Source: Moniliella sp. 'wahieum'
Taxonomy: Eukaryota
Assembly: GCA_003971905.1 (NCBI GenBank)
Contig: RSEE01000012.1
Coordinates: 186,001-250,000, forward strand
Direction of reading: 5' to 3'
DNA: 64,000 nucleotides
Under the pieces are notes generated by a model, which was not told the DNA's origin, did no database searches, and saw only the letters and a program-made list of their open reading frames with translations. Shown one piece after another: positions 1-12,939 of the stretch (position 1 is the stretch's first letter; the number at the start of each line of letters is the position of its first letter). The position numbers were made by a program, and so were the translations under genes.

Positions 1-3000
1 CAGAGAACCGGAGGGCTTCACGAACGCTGCACATGGCTTCGTGAATGTCCTGTTGCTCGGCGTAGCCGCATTGCCGCTGGAAAGAAAGGTCCAGAGGATG
101 ACCACTAACCAACCGGTCTCCCTCAATCACTCCAATCGTCTTCCGGTCGGCCAGCACATCCAGCAACGTCGTCTTACCTGCCCCACTGGCGCCCATGACT
201 GCGGTGCGCCCGATCAGAGCAAAGGAGAGAAGAGAAGAAGAAGAGGGAATTGTTTGGTAGTTAGTTCGATCTGACCAACCAACAACCCAAACACCCTCCC
301 TATCAAAGGGGGATCTAGGGGAAGAGACGAACAGGAGCAATACGTACGCGCAGTGACGGTGCCCGGCAGACGTATCCATCCACGTTATTGGCAAGCGACG
401 GTGGCCACCTGGGACGGGCACGGTGTATTGAGGTTGGACCAAGTGTAAGGTTGGCCGACGACTTTGAATTCGTTATCTCGACGACTCGCCTCTCAGGGCT
501 TGCTCGACGTTCCTCCAACCGAGCATTCAATTCCTTTTCCTCCTTCGAAGGTGGCTTGGCCACAATCAACGCACTGGCAAACGAGCCTTGGTCTTGCATC
601 TCGATCGCGATGCACGTCATGGCCATAAGCCCACCAACTACAAATAGGATCCCCACGTCGCGCCAGAGGTGGCCGCGCGAAACCCAAATGCGACGTCGAG
701 TACTTTTGGCCTTGGACCGTCGTCTCGCCTTGCGTTGCGCCAGGCAGCGTGCATACCTGGTTCGGGCCCAGACCATGAGTATTCCGGCCCCGAGGAAACG
801 ATTTGGCCGCCATCGCAAGAGAAGGTCAAGTACGTCAATTCGTTAATCAGCAGCGACTCAAAACTATAGTATATACCGCTGCAAGAATTTGAAGAAGAGA
901 AGAGAAGAAGACAAGAGGAGAAAAAAAAGAAAAAGAAAGAGTACCAGGGGGGCTGTCAGTACGTATGCACAAAAGGGGGACGGGACGCAACCCAACCGCG
1001 CAAATGAGGAGAAAACGCACGATCAGGTAGGTGTGAGCCACTTGACGTAGCCGTGCTGCAACTTGAGTGGCTGCACGTATCCGCCCATTGGACCATGATG
1101 AAATCAAGACGGCGGCGAGACGTGCTGCGCCGTAAAGTCGCGGCACATGACACCAACATGGTAAACAGCGTCTTGAACAAAGTAACTGACACGATGATGA
1201 GCCCAGCCGTGAAGAACGCCCGCATTAGACCTAGAACAGGGAATCACCCCACAATACAGAAAAAAAGGAAAAGAGTTAGCGGAAAACCATGGACACACCC
1301 CACACCCAAAAACCACAACAGAATTGCTGGGCAAACCAACCAAAAGCTGTGTTGGGGTGGAGGAGAAGGAGGGGATGAAAAAAACGTACGCAATCCCGCC
1401 ATGAAGTAGAGAATGATCATGAAAATGGTGACGCGCGGAACGGCGATGGGTACATCGGCCAGAATTTGAGACATGGTGCTGCGGCTGGACGGTACATAGT
1501 AAAGGTTAACTGTCGTGCGAGCACGGGCCGGACTGCATTTGAGACGAGAGTTGAGCAAAGGTAGAAAGACTTTGGGTAAGCAACAGAATAAAGATCACGC
1601 GCCGCCTCGGGTAAGAGACCGTTGCTGGTCTGTGGCAACTTGAAGAACAGACCGCCCGTCAAGAGCGCCAATGTGATGGCCGTTGTGTTCCATGAAAATA
1701 TCAAAGGGTCGCCAAGCAAATCTTCATTTCTCGCTGGAACAAGACGTAGACTTGTGTCCAAACGGTACGTTGTACAGACTCTTCCCGCCGGCGTACTTTT
1801 GTTTGCCCTCGCGCACCGATTCGCGGAACTGGACTTGGTTATGGGTATCGTCGCTCACCGATTCGTTGTACCCGTCCCGTTCGGCCACCGTGTTGAGGTA
1901 GGCCTTGCTGTTGCGGTACGCATCCCAGTTCTTCCGGGGTAGAGGGAACATCCTTTTCAGTTTTGCCTTCTTGGTACTCGCGCGTCTTGGGGTCAAAGCA
2001 GGTCGTGATCCAATCGCTCGAGGTGGACCGAGGACGGTCCAGGTAACCGAGATTGACAAAATATTGGCGAGCTTCGTTGCGTGGCCCGTAAAACACGCAC
2101 CGACCTCCTTCGATGACCAAGATCTTGTCGCAAACGTCAAAGATGCCCTCGAGCCTGGTAGGCCGTGAGGAACGAAGTCGTTTGCAGTACATCCGTCAAC
2201 ACCCGAATCGTCTTGGTAAAGTCGAGGGCGGTCGAGGCGTCCAATCCACGCGTCGAATTGTCCCAGCACAACACCGATCCATTGGTGCAACACGTTTCCA
2301 GAATCGATACGCGTTTGCGCTCGCCGCCCGATACGCCGCGCACGGTGGCGCTTCCGACAAGCGTGTTGCGCGTGTGCTCCATGTGGAGCATTTTGAGAAG
2401 CGTAGTGAGCACTTCGGCACGGAACTGTTCCTGCGTGTAGCCGGGGAAGGATCGAGCGGGTTGCTTGAGGCGCAAGATGGTGTCCAGCGTTTGGGCAACG
2501 GTTAGGGTGCATGGTGGTTGTCGTCTTCTTCCGAGTAGACAATCTCGCCGGCATAGTGCTTTTTCACCTCCTCGGGGCTGATGCCACCGTAATTGACTTG
2601 ACCGTCGACGCCCAAAAAGGCATTGCGCTTGTTGGCAATGGCTTGGAGAAAGGTGGAGCACCCGGCCCCGGGACGGCCAATGACCAGTACCAATTCGCCC
2701 GGTTTGGCACATCCGTCAAAGTTTTGAATCAAGAAGCGTTCCTTGGGCGGGAAGGGATTGAGGTGGATGGCCTTGAGAATGGCTAGGAAGGGGCCAATGA
2801 TCTCGTAGAGAGCCATGCTGGGGATGGTGGGCACTTTGAGGTTCTGGCTCGCGGTGCCACGGACCGAGAGGTCGGTCCAGGAGACGCCCAAGCTGCGGAA
2901 CTTCCAGTCGGCCTGCTTGGCATCGTCCGCGTGGCTCAGCAGATAGTCGCGCAGATCAAACTGGCCTTGCTCCTCTGCGTCAGCCTCAATGTCGCGGTCT

Positions 3001-3316
3001 TCGGACTTGAACAAGGAGCGGAAGTGCTTTTGGGCATTGGCAAACGTCTGTTTGGCCTGGGCGACATTGACAGGGTGCGCCTCTTGTGACTGCTGGCGGT
3101 CCAGGGGCTGCTCGTGACGCGGGGAAGAATCGTGGTGGGGCTGAGGAGGGGCGAGACGAGGTGGGCAGGGGTCTTTTCGCCGGTCGGGGTTCTCCATGAT
3201 GGTGGGAGAGAGGGTGCGCCGGGTGGGCTGGGGCTGGGCAAGAGGGTGGTGGGCTGGTGCTGGTCGGAGAGGGTGCTGCCGCCGGGGCTGGATGAGGGCC
3301 TGTTGTGGGTGCTCAT
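1..3316 (-). CDS. PDR/ABCG-family full-size ABC transporter (5' part; runs off the left window edge; introns and apparent frameshifts)
   Basis: Walker A variant [11 protein letters not shown], signature [34 protein letters not shown]1 segments, PDR_CDR-like extracellular loop, start of NBD2 (LTALMGAS-like) near 200; ATG at 3316. Confidence 0.92.
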
Positions 3317-3489
3317 CCTGGCGGGCGGGCGGGCGGGCAGCGGGGGATGGGGATGGGGATGGGGATGGGGATGGGGACGAGGCAGCAAGGCGGAGGAGGG
3401 AGAGGCGGCGCGGTTAAAACCAAACGCAAGGGGTCGGATGGGCGAGAGGCGCGTGGCGCGAGGGAGGCACTCTAAGCTGCCAGCGCCGC

Positions 3490-3505
3490 TGCCTCCGCGG
3501 AGGCA
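3490..3505. promoter_or_regulatory. Perfect 16-bp palindrome TGCCTCCGCGGAGGCA containing PDRE-like TCCGCGGA
   Basis: Read directly; about 175 bp upstream of the ABC transporter ATG. Confidence 0.5.
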
Positions 3506-6272
3506 CCAGAGTGGGGCGCTGCGAGGATGCTAGGACACGACTGGGAGCGCATTGGGCGCCCGTGGGCGTCGCAGCGCGTGTTTGGGGCTGCAGGGGGCAG
3601 CCGCCTACCCATCGAATATCGAATCCACCCCAGGCGCCCGCCCGCCTGCCCCGCTACTTACACTTGCGCCCCCGCCTGCCCGCACATGAGCGCCCTGGTG
3701 CGGCGCTGGCCCTGGATGCGGGCGTGGCACGGGGCAGTGCTGCGGGCGTGGGTGGGTCACATGTCACTCCCGCCCCCTAACGCCTGCCGCGCGGCACAGG
3801 AGCACTGTGCGGCTAAATCCAGACACGCCTGACTCCTGAGCGCCAGCGCCAGACTAGGACTGGCCTGACATGTGACATGTGACAAGAGTACTACACACGA
3901 GGGCGCTAACGCTAGCTGGTCCCTGGCTGATCACGACGCTCATGCGTCGCAGCCATGGCACATGGCCCATGCCCACCACACCTGCCCCTCCCAACAAGCC
4001 CTCGTTGGGTCGCATCGTGCTGCCTCCCACTCCCCCTGGGCCATCATCCCCTTTGAGTTGCTGATTCGCATGCGCCCGCATCGCAGCCACGCCACCGGCA
4101 CGTCCCAATCCACACTGGCCCCCGTCGACGGCCCCATGATAGATAGATTGGATCCACATTTCGCTTGTAGCTTGTGGTCCGCCATCCGTCTCGCAAATAA
4201 ACGCGCGACACCAAGCCTATACCCTTGGCCCAGCAGAGCCCCATCTGGATATGACAAGCGAACAGTGACGAGCGGCAGCGATACAGCCGCCTGGTGCCAG
4301 CCCATCTGCTCTTCCCGCAAGGGCTTTCCATCAGCGCATCAGCCCTATATATACACCCCCTGGTCCATGCCACATGGAGCGGCGTCGGCATCTCTATCCG
4401 AATAGTGGGTGCTCTGATCCCCTCCGAGATAATGCAGCTATTATCATTCGGCGGCGGTGCCTCTCTTCTCCCATCTACTGCTACACCAGCGAATGATAAC
4501 TCTCTTCTCATATTCACGCGCTCACCACACTCATCGAGACCACGGACTCCTTAGCGCTGCGTATCTCTCTTTTCATTCTTCTCGCTCTCTGCTCAGGCAT
4601 GTCCACATCGCATCGATCCTATCTACGCACAACTCTCTTTTTGCCGAAAAAGGTAGATACATACATGGAACCACACAGTACATTATAGCCCACACAGTGA
4701 CCCCACCCCCAGCACACCACACTGCACTCCATGGCACCGCACACCATATCCCGGCTCTCATCTTCCTTAGTTTGTTATTGTTTCTTACTTCACCAATTAT
4801 TTTTGGTCTTTTCGGCCTTGGACGCAGCAAGAGAGCTTTTTAAGTTGAGAGAGCTTGCGGATCTGGACGTCAGTTTCCTGGTCTGTGCGTCTCGTTGACA
4901 TTGTGAGATTCTCTTCCGCTCGCGCCTTTCTCGTTTCTGGCCGAGGGCCGAGACCCTGCCCAATCCTTTGGGTCTTTCTGGGTTGGACTGTCTCCTCCGG
5001 CCTGTGGCTGTGAGTGTGGGAACCTTGCCCTTACAGTTGGTCTGTGCTGCTTTCGGAGAGCCACTTATCTCGATTCCTTTTCTCTTTTCTTTCGTTGTGT
5101 GGTGTCTATTTCGTATAGTTCCTACCTGTATATGACCCTTGATCCATATATATACCCCTTTCCTGGCAGTAACCGGTCATTTCGTCTTCCTTTCGTCTCT
5201 TCCTTGGTCGTCCGTCCTTGTACAACATCCTTGCCAATCTATCCTTGACCCACCAGGCACCTTCCATGTACAATTCATCAGCACAATCCCACCGACTATA
5301 ACTCCAACGACCACTTCTTGGCCCTTGTTTCCAATACCTTTCGACCGGGCACCCATTTGCGTCTCTCTTCAAACTTCAGCTTTCAGCTTTCAGCGTTCAG
5401 TCTCTCCTCCGTACGGGCCTTGCGGTGATCGAGGTGATCCTATATACAAGACTATCTACAAGAAGTTTGAGTTTGAATATCTATGACAGGACCTGTGTGC
5501 TATCCCCTGTCATTTCCTGCGTCAAATCAGCGCATCAGCCGTCAACCTTGCGTCCAACCCTTCAGGACCACAGACTACAGGCAAGCTAGTTTTGCTTCAG
5601 CCGACGATTAAGCCTCAAAGTGAGACGTCTCACCTCGTCTCTATTCGCTCCGTTTGGATCTGCCAGTATAGCTTTCGACGTTCAGGACGCTCAGCGCGCT
5701 CAACGTGTTCAGGCCTCAGGCCTCAGGCCCGACCAACCGTGATGCGTGAGTGGCCTGGCCTCCTTAGGAAAGCACACCTCTAACCTGTAGTCCAGGCTCC
5801 AGTGTGAGGCGCGCCCGTCAAGACACTATCATCGACGCTCAGTCTAAAGAGTAGTATCACGACGAGGCTTACGGAAACGATGCTTTCCCCCTGCCAGATG
5901 CTGAAAGAGAACCCGTTCCGGATTCTAAATAATTGCATTATAGTCGGAGAGTGGTTCCTCTATCGATCTCGACCACCGCCAGCCGTGTGCGACGGTATTT
6001 GCCTTGAATACATTGCGCTCTGTGCACGGGAGCCTGCCCATCCGGACATGCATCCAGTACTCCGGTGGCAACACGACACTGAGCTTGGTCGCCATTTTTT
6101 GCATGATCTTTGTTCTCATGGTACGCGCTTTGTCCGCCGCCTGCCATGACGAGTCCCAGTATAGTACCAACAAATTCAGGGGTTGGTCTGTGGGCGCCCT
6201 ACCGAGCCGCGACCCAGTCACGAACCTATGGACTTCTGCTGTAGATCTCGCTGGCTGCTCGAGTGAGCATCG

Positions 6273-6373
6273 GGGTTCGTGGTGTAGTGGTATCATGCCT
6301 CTTTAGGGTTCTTCCGCGCAGCGCGGTGAAAGACTCGTAGAGGTGGTCCTCGGTTCGATCCCGGGCGGACCCC
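6273..6373 (+). tRNA. tRNA-Pro(AGG) with 29-nt intron (6309-6337)
   Basis: Acceptor stem GGGTTCG/CGGACCC, anticodon stem CCTCT/AGAGG, loop TT-AGG-G, T-loop TTCGATC, oligo-T terminator directly after. Confidence 0.93.
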
Positions 6374-6696
6374 TTTTTCCCTTTTTACGGAAGACACTTC
6401 TTCTGGTAAAGCGAGCGAGCAGCATGCTTGTCGTAACGGCATGTACAGACTAGTACTGGCCAGCTCTACTTAATTCAGCTCAGGTCTACCCCGTACCTAT
6501 CCGATGGTCTGCTCTGGGCTCCGAACCGACAAAAAGGACAAATGACACATAGCTACCGCCCCGATCGCACCTGGCCCATCTCGCGGAACAAGCTCGGAAC
6601 CGAGTGGGGGAAGATGAGCAATGTAGTACGACCAAAGGCGGGGGAAGGGTGGGGGTGAGGGATCAAGGGTAGATCCAGGATCATGTATGTGATCGA

Positions 6697-6776
6697 TCAA
6701 AGATCAAGAACCAAGAACCAAAAACCAAGAACCAAGGATCAAGGATCAAGAACCAAGGATCAAGAACCAAGGATCA
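6697..6776. repeat. 7-bp tandem repeat (YCAAGRA)x~11
   Basis: tcaaaga tcaagaa ccaagaa ... ccaagga tca; abuts the SF3B6 stop codon. Confidence 0.9.
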
Positions 6777-7348
6777 TGATCGTGTCTCGTCAGGAATGTG
6801 GTGTTGGGATTTCAGTGCAGCCAAGTCTGCTTGTCGTTTGGCCAGTTCGGCTTTGGCGGTGAGACGTTGGGGCATGTGATAGAGGACGACGATGTAACGG
6901 TCTTGGAGGTGAAATCCATTGAGTTGGTCGACAGCGCGTTTAGCGTCCGCCTGGTCTTCGTATACCACATACGCTGTTCCGCGCGTCTTGGGTCCCGTGC
7001 CCAACCGAATTTGCCGAATCAGTCCGTACCGCCCAAACAACTCGTACAGGTCCGATCCTACCGGGAATCGGACCGATGAATTGGCAACGTACCCCGGCAG
7101 CCACTCAGTCAGCCAACTTGTCCCTCAGCCCACCCAACTTCACTTCACACTCCGCACTCTGCCTTTGGAGAAGAACGAGAGGGAAAGGGGGAGAGAGGAG
7201 AAAGGGGAGAGGAAGGAAGGGCGACGAAAGAAGGGAGAGAGAGAGGAAGGAAGGACAAGGAAGAAAGGCAACGTACCTTGGATGGCATAATTCAAGTTTT
7301 TAACAAACAGCATCCGGGAGTGATTGCGGCCCGCATCGCCAACGACAT
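6774..7348 (-). CDS. SF3B6: Pre-mRNA branch-site protein p14 (SF3B6/SF3b14), RRM; intron 7058-7276
   Basis: LFVKNLNY...DLYELFGRYGLIRQIRLG...TRGTAYVVYED...FHLQDRYIVVLYH; the GTACGT..TAG intron joins the frames. Confidence 0.92.
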
Positions 7349-8428
7349 GGTACGGGGTTGGGGCAGCGACGTGCCTGGGGGGGGGGGGGGGGGGGTAGAG
7401 GAGAAGGAAGGGTGCGGCGGGGGGGGAGAGCAAGAGCAGTGGAACAGAACCCCACGAGAAAAAACCAGTGGTAGGACTGCGGGTTGTGTTGTGTTAATGG
7501 AAGTGGACGTGGAAGTGGAAGTGGTGGTGGGGGTGGTGGTAGTTGGGGTGGCGGTGCAGAGACGAGCAAGAAGGCGGAGGAGGCAACCTACCTTGCTACT
7601 CCCACTCGCGATGGTGGCACTGAAAAACCCAAAAGAGGGCAGATTGAAATGTTGACGGACATGCGCCTCCATCACGTAACACTCGCCCCCTTGCCCTGCC
7701 TGCCCTCTCCCCCCACCCTACTGCAACTTGTGGCGCCTATATAGATACTCTCCCTCCCCCGTCCGCGGATGTTAGATCGTATGGTAGACCTTGGTGGAGC
7801 GAAGGGACATGTGTAAGGACTGGAGCGTGGTCGGGAGCTCGGGGTGCCGGCAGGTCGAATCTTACGATGAGGTCGATTGTTTGGTACCCAAAGGGGGATG
7901 GACGGATGTGCGTGAGTGGGGCTGGCAGTCCTGCGTCCCAGTTCGGTTCAGAGTTTCGGGAGGCACTAGCAACTCTTAGTGATGCGTTACAGGGTCCAGA
8001 AACAGTGACCAGGGAGAAGGGCGCAAGGGATGATGCGCATGCGAAGTCAAGTCGCTCGACTGAGGATGAGAGGCTAAGGGTGAGGATAAGGCTGAAGCAC
8101 AAGGACCTCTCGGCCTCTGTGTCTTTCTACAAGTCAGAATCCTGACCTGACCTGACGTATTGGGGCGGAAGAGCAACCAAGCAACGGGGCAAGTGGGTGT
8201 GCAGAGGCCTCAGACTGAGGATTGAGATGGTTACAGTGGAGCGGTACAAAGAACAAAGAAAAGAGAGGAAAAGTCAAACCAAGCAAAACTCAGGCCTCAG
8301 GGAGGGCAGCAGGCGCGACCGCGAAACAAGACCCGGACGAGACCAAGGGGCGTGGGCGGGTAGGGCAAGGCAGGGCAGGAGTATCAGGTCATGCAATATC
8401 GGGTCCGGGGGGGGGGGGGGGGGGTTGG

Positions 8429-10590
8429 CTACCTACGTCGGCCCGAGGAAGCGGGGAGACGGTCGTGCGGTGGGTACCGGCGGATGCAGAGGAGGATGCT
8501 AAGGACGGCTGAGCAAAGCTGCGAGCGTGGTGAGGCGGAAAGTTTCGCGGTAACACGTTTCGCCTGCCGTGCACTCGGTCGAGGTGCGCGGCGCGGCGCG
8601 ACTTGGTACTGCCGATTGCGAGGGGAGGGGGAGGGGCAGGGCGGAGGTGGCGTGTTTGTCGTACACCCTGGATTGGTACGTACGGTACGGTACGGTGGCA
8701 GTATGATACGTTGGGTGAGTGAGTGAGTGAGTGAGTGAGTGAGTCAGTACCTTACTTTCGCTACGACTGGCCTGGACCTCCCGCGTGCGGAACGTGCGCT
8801 GGCCGACGCACGGTGGGGCAGGACGAATGTGAAGAAGGGACGTACCATCCAAAGTAGAGGTTGAACACGTTACCGCCTGCGGCCGGGGAGAGGGACATGA
8901 TGCCCAATTGGAAGAGAATTTGCTGAGGCCCCAAAGATCGATGGTGAGCGTTGGGCAGAGACCAAAGAGTGTTCCGTACGTGACGCCATTCAAGGCGGAG
9001 ATGAGGCGGAGAGAAGGGACAGTTTGGATGTGGGGGATGTCCAGCCAGGGTAAGATGGCTGTGCCACCGAATGCCATGATGGTCTGGGTGACCAAACAAA
9101 ATACACTGACGGGCACAACGAGGAGGAGGAACTTGCTTGTTTCGGCCTGAGAGACGTACCACCACATCGGCCAACGTACCGTCATCAAGCGGCCCACGGC
9201 ATTGCCTACCGAGATGGAGATGACCTGGCGACCTTGCCACAGACGAAGCGCTTCGTTGTCCGCCTCGTCCCCGACGGCGCGGGGGAGAGAAGGGTCAGCC
9301 TGGCGGAAACGCCATAACGTCTTGGTGATCGTACCGACATTGTTAATCATCAACAGACCACTTCCCGCTACACCCACCATGATCGTAAACAGCAGCACAA
9401 AATCCAGCGTGCGCACCACATCCAACCCACTGATGCTCCGATCTAGAGGGGAGAAGGGGGGGTAGACAGAGGTGCATGGGACGGGAGGGAAGGAAGCAAA
9501 GGCTGGGCATGCTCTGCCTCCACTGCAGTCAACTCGTGCGACGGCGAGGGGACAGGTCTCGTGCGTCCCCGTCTGCCTCGTAGGTGATATGGGAGGACAT
9601 GTGGAGTGGTGACGAGGGGGTACGGAGCAGGAGCAGGATCAGTGATGATCTCCGTCAAGCTACGTGATCCTCGATGGCATGACACGGAAGGAGAGCGAGG
9701 CGAGGAAGAGGAAGAAGAGGAGGAGGAGGTACGAATCGGAGCCGGGCCCGGGCTGTGGGAAAGCCTAGGCCGGACCTGGACCATCTCGTGCCTACGTCCC
9801 TGTGCTGGCTGTATGGTTCCTCGTCCTGTCCGTCCTCAAGAAAGGGGGGAAGGCCGGGCGCGCAGGGGGCGCGGAGGGGTAAAAAGGATGGGGAGGTTGG
9901 TCAGGGAGGTCAAGGGGGACGATGCGTATGCCGCCTGCAGCGCCAATGGCGAAACTGGTTGCGCTGCGAACGCTACGAGCGCAAGGTATTGGCTGGTAGT
10001 GAGGCGCAAGACGTTAGCCATCGTGCTGTACGAGGCGCTCAGTGCATAGCCAGCCAAGGCGATGCCCAGTGCGGTGCCCTGCCGTTCCGGGGCAGCCGAG
10101 CGGGCCAAGGCGTTCATGGCGGCGCCCGAGGCGCCCGAGTTGGCACGCCAGTAAGACAGTGCAGCAGCAGCAGCAGCACATACGTCATCTCGCCCGCCGC
10201 CTTGCCCAGCTGAGCCAGCAGGGCCAGGCCGCCATAGCCGAGCAGGATCAGAGAGAGAACATGCATACAGCGGCCTGGCGGGGCCGGCGCGGTCCAGCAG
10301 AGGGCCCCAGAGGGGCGAGGAGATGTACATGCCGGCATTTCCGGCGAGGCCAAGCAGGTTGATCTGCACGCCGCTGAGGGAGAGCGCGGACTGGAGCTGC
10401 GGGGCCCAGGCGGAGAAGGGCGTAGTTGGAGCCGGCGGACATGGACACGAGCACGGCGGCGGCGAGGAGGAGGAGGAAGGCGTGCTTGCGCCTGCGGGTG
10501 TGCATGGGGTGCATGGGGGCGGGGGAGGGCGCGGGGGGCGGCCGGGGGCAGGCGCGGAGGCGAGCGGGACATACTCCACGCGGGGGGCAT
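8429..10590 (-). CDS. Mch1/nodulin-like MFS transporter
   Basis: SAGSNYAFSAWAPQL, INLLGLAGNAGMYISSPLWGPLLD, GSGLLMINNVGTI, GVTYGTLFGLCPTL, C-terminal CYRETF. Confidence 0.8.
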
Positions 10591-11298
10591 GGCGAGGCGG
10601 GGCGGCGGGCGATGGGGGCGGCGAGGCGGGCGGCGGCGGTGCACTCAACGTGGCGCCCCGCGGGTGCGCAGGCGAGGCGGCGAGCAAGCAGCTGCTCGCA
10701 GCCGCCTGAGCATGCCAGAGCGTGCCAGTGCCCCCTCCACGCAGCCCCCCATCACGTGCCCCGCGGCACGTGACCAGGTGTTGCTTGCCGGTGGCACGCG
10801 TCGGCTGCCGCTGCTTGGCCTCCATCGCCACCGCCACCGCCTCCATGTCCACCTCCTCCCCGCGCTGTCGACCAAGGCACGCCACTACCAGCACCTCGGG
10901 CCCGCCTCGTCGCCCTCACCGCCGCCGTCGACACCGCCGCTCCACCATCGACACGGCGGCAAACCAAACGCAGGTGATGGCCGAGAGGCGACGTACCAAG
11001 CCAGTCTGTGCGTAGCCGTCCTCGTCTCTGGCTCCTCTGGTCTCGCGTCTCGCGTCTTGCGTCTCTCATCTGACCCGGCCCGTTCCCAGGTTCATGGCCT
11101 CTCTTGACCAGGTCGACGAGGTGGCCGCCACGTCGGCCGCCGCGCATCCCACCGCCGCACCAGCGTTACTTCATGAATCCTCTCTCGTCCTGCACCCATC
11201 CCCGCCTCATCACACAAACCTAACTCCATAGGGAACCAGAACTACCCGCCGGACGGACGCGCAGGGAAAGCGATTGTATAGCGTAGAGTCTGCGAGTG

Positions 11299-12631
11299 CT
11301 ACCGTGACGGAGACCCGACCGGCGCTTCTAGCACCGCCAACACTTCGTCCACATCTCCACCATCGCCATGCGCGTCTCTACTTTTCGCCGGGTCCAGTCC
11401 ACCAATAGCTGTGCCAGCTCCTCCTCGCGCTCGGCCTGCATCCACACTGCCTCGTCCGTGTCCAGCTGCTGCACTGCTGGTCCAGCGCGTGCTGCGCGCG
11501 ACCCAGACACTGGTCCAGCTCCTGCTGCTCGGCCCTGTGCTCCCGCAGCACCTCGACCGACTGCTTGCCCCAAAACGTATCCCACCTCTGCTGCAGCATG
11601 GCGGGCACGCCTTGTCCTGCAGCGAGCGCTGCATCGACAGCACCTTGGCCTGGTATCGTCCGGCCCGAGCCAAAGCCTCTTCGCCAGCGAGGAGGAGGTG
11701 CACCAGGGCCGCCACCTGCTTCCCCACCTCGTCCGTTGCCCTTGCTTCGCCACGCAGCAGCGCGCCCATGCGCCGCAGTCCATCGGCCAAGTTGAACAGT
11801 GCGGGGCTCATCCCCCGCTCCATCCCGCCGAGCAACTGGATAGCTCCAGCCATCTCGTCATAGTCCTCCTCCAGGTCGTCGGGCGGGGGCAAGTCGAGGC
11901 CTGGAGCAAAGGGGTCCGGGGTATCGGAGAAAGGGAAGCGGTGGGCGGCGAGGTGGTTTCGTTCGCGCTGGAGAGCGCGCTGGGTTGTTGGAGGGTGCGA
12001 CGAGTGGCGATCCACGCGTCGCGTTGGTGCTGGAGTTGTGGAATCGGGGCCGGTGCCGAGGGCCACTTCCACGCGGGTCGGGGGGGGGGAGAGAAGAGTC
12101 CAATGGGGCGCAAGGAAATCGAGCAGGGGGGGGAGAGCGCGCAAGGTGCGGGTGGCGGGCGAGGCGGTGAGGAAAAAAGGTTGAGCTCAGCTTGCCTCTC
12201 ATGTACAAACGGATCGTCGAACCGCTGGCTGGAGAGGTGCTTGATCTGCCGTGCGGGCGGGAGTGGTGGCACGACCCGTCCGGGCTGGTGGCGGATGAGC
12301 TGGGCGTGGAGCGTGGCAAAGTCGCGATAACGGCGGTAGATGTGGCTGGAGCGTTCCAGCGCCGGAACGTCGGTCTGGCGCGCAAGCCCCGTCAGCTGGG
12401 CTGGACGCCGGGGGGGAAGGGGACGGGGCACGTACCTGGATGAGATGCCATACACGACAAAGGCGCCTTGGGCGTCTGTCTCCTGGCGTGTGTCGGTGAT
12501 GCGGAGGCGGAGGGAGGGGGCCAGGGGGGCGGGCAGGGCGGAGGTCGAGGGCTGCTGCCACCACGCGTGGGGCGGGGGCGGGGCGGGGGGGCGCCGTCGT
12601 CGAGGTCGGCCTGCCATGGCGAGTCGTCCAT
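11299..12631 (-). CDS. PX-BAR sorting nexin (Vps5-like)
   Basis: PX motifs FVVY, RRYRDFATLH, PGRVVPPLP, RFDDPFVHERQAEL, followed by a helical BAR-like region. Confidence 0.75.
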
Positions 12632-12939
12632 GACGGGGGGGTGGGGGGGCAGCCGAGGCCGTGCTGAGACGGGGGCTGCCGATCCTCACGCTTGGGGGTG
12701 CTTCTGCGGACAGTACTTGTGCGCAGGTCAAGGCCTAAGGGCAGAGTGGCTGCGTGCGAATCGACGGAGCCAGTCTGAGTGGCCCCGTGACAAAATTAAG
12801 CGGCCAATGCGTCACGCGTGACCACCCCCCATCCATTACGTCATAGCCCCCCACTACGTACCGCCCGCGCCAGCCCCCTTGGCCTCCGCCATCCCCCCCC
12901 GTCCACACCCGCCCCCACCCCCACCCCCCCCCACCCAGC

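Noticed and set aside
4424..4517. Minus-strand peptide ...GRREAPPPNDNSCIIS resembling a CAAX lipopeptide pheromone precursor
   Set aside because: CIIS is followed by GAG GGG, not a stop, and there is no receptor or other mating-type gene in the window
6309..6337. GC hairpin (CCGCGC-A-GCGCGG) in the tRNA-Pro intron
   Set aside because: Structured introns at position 37/38 are ordinary for fungal tRNAs
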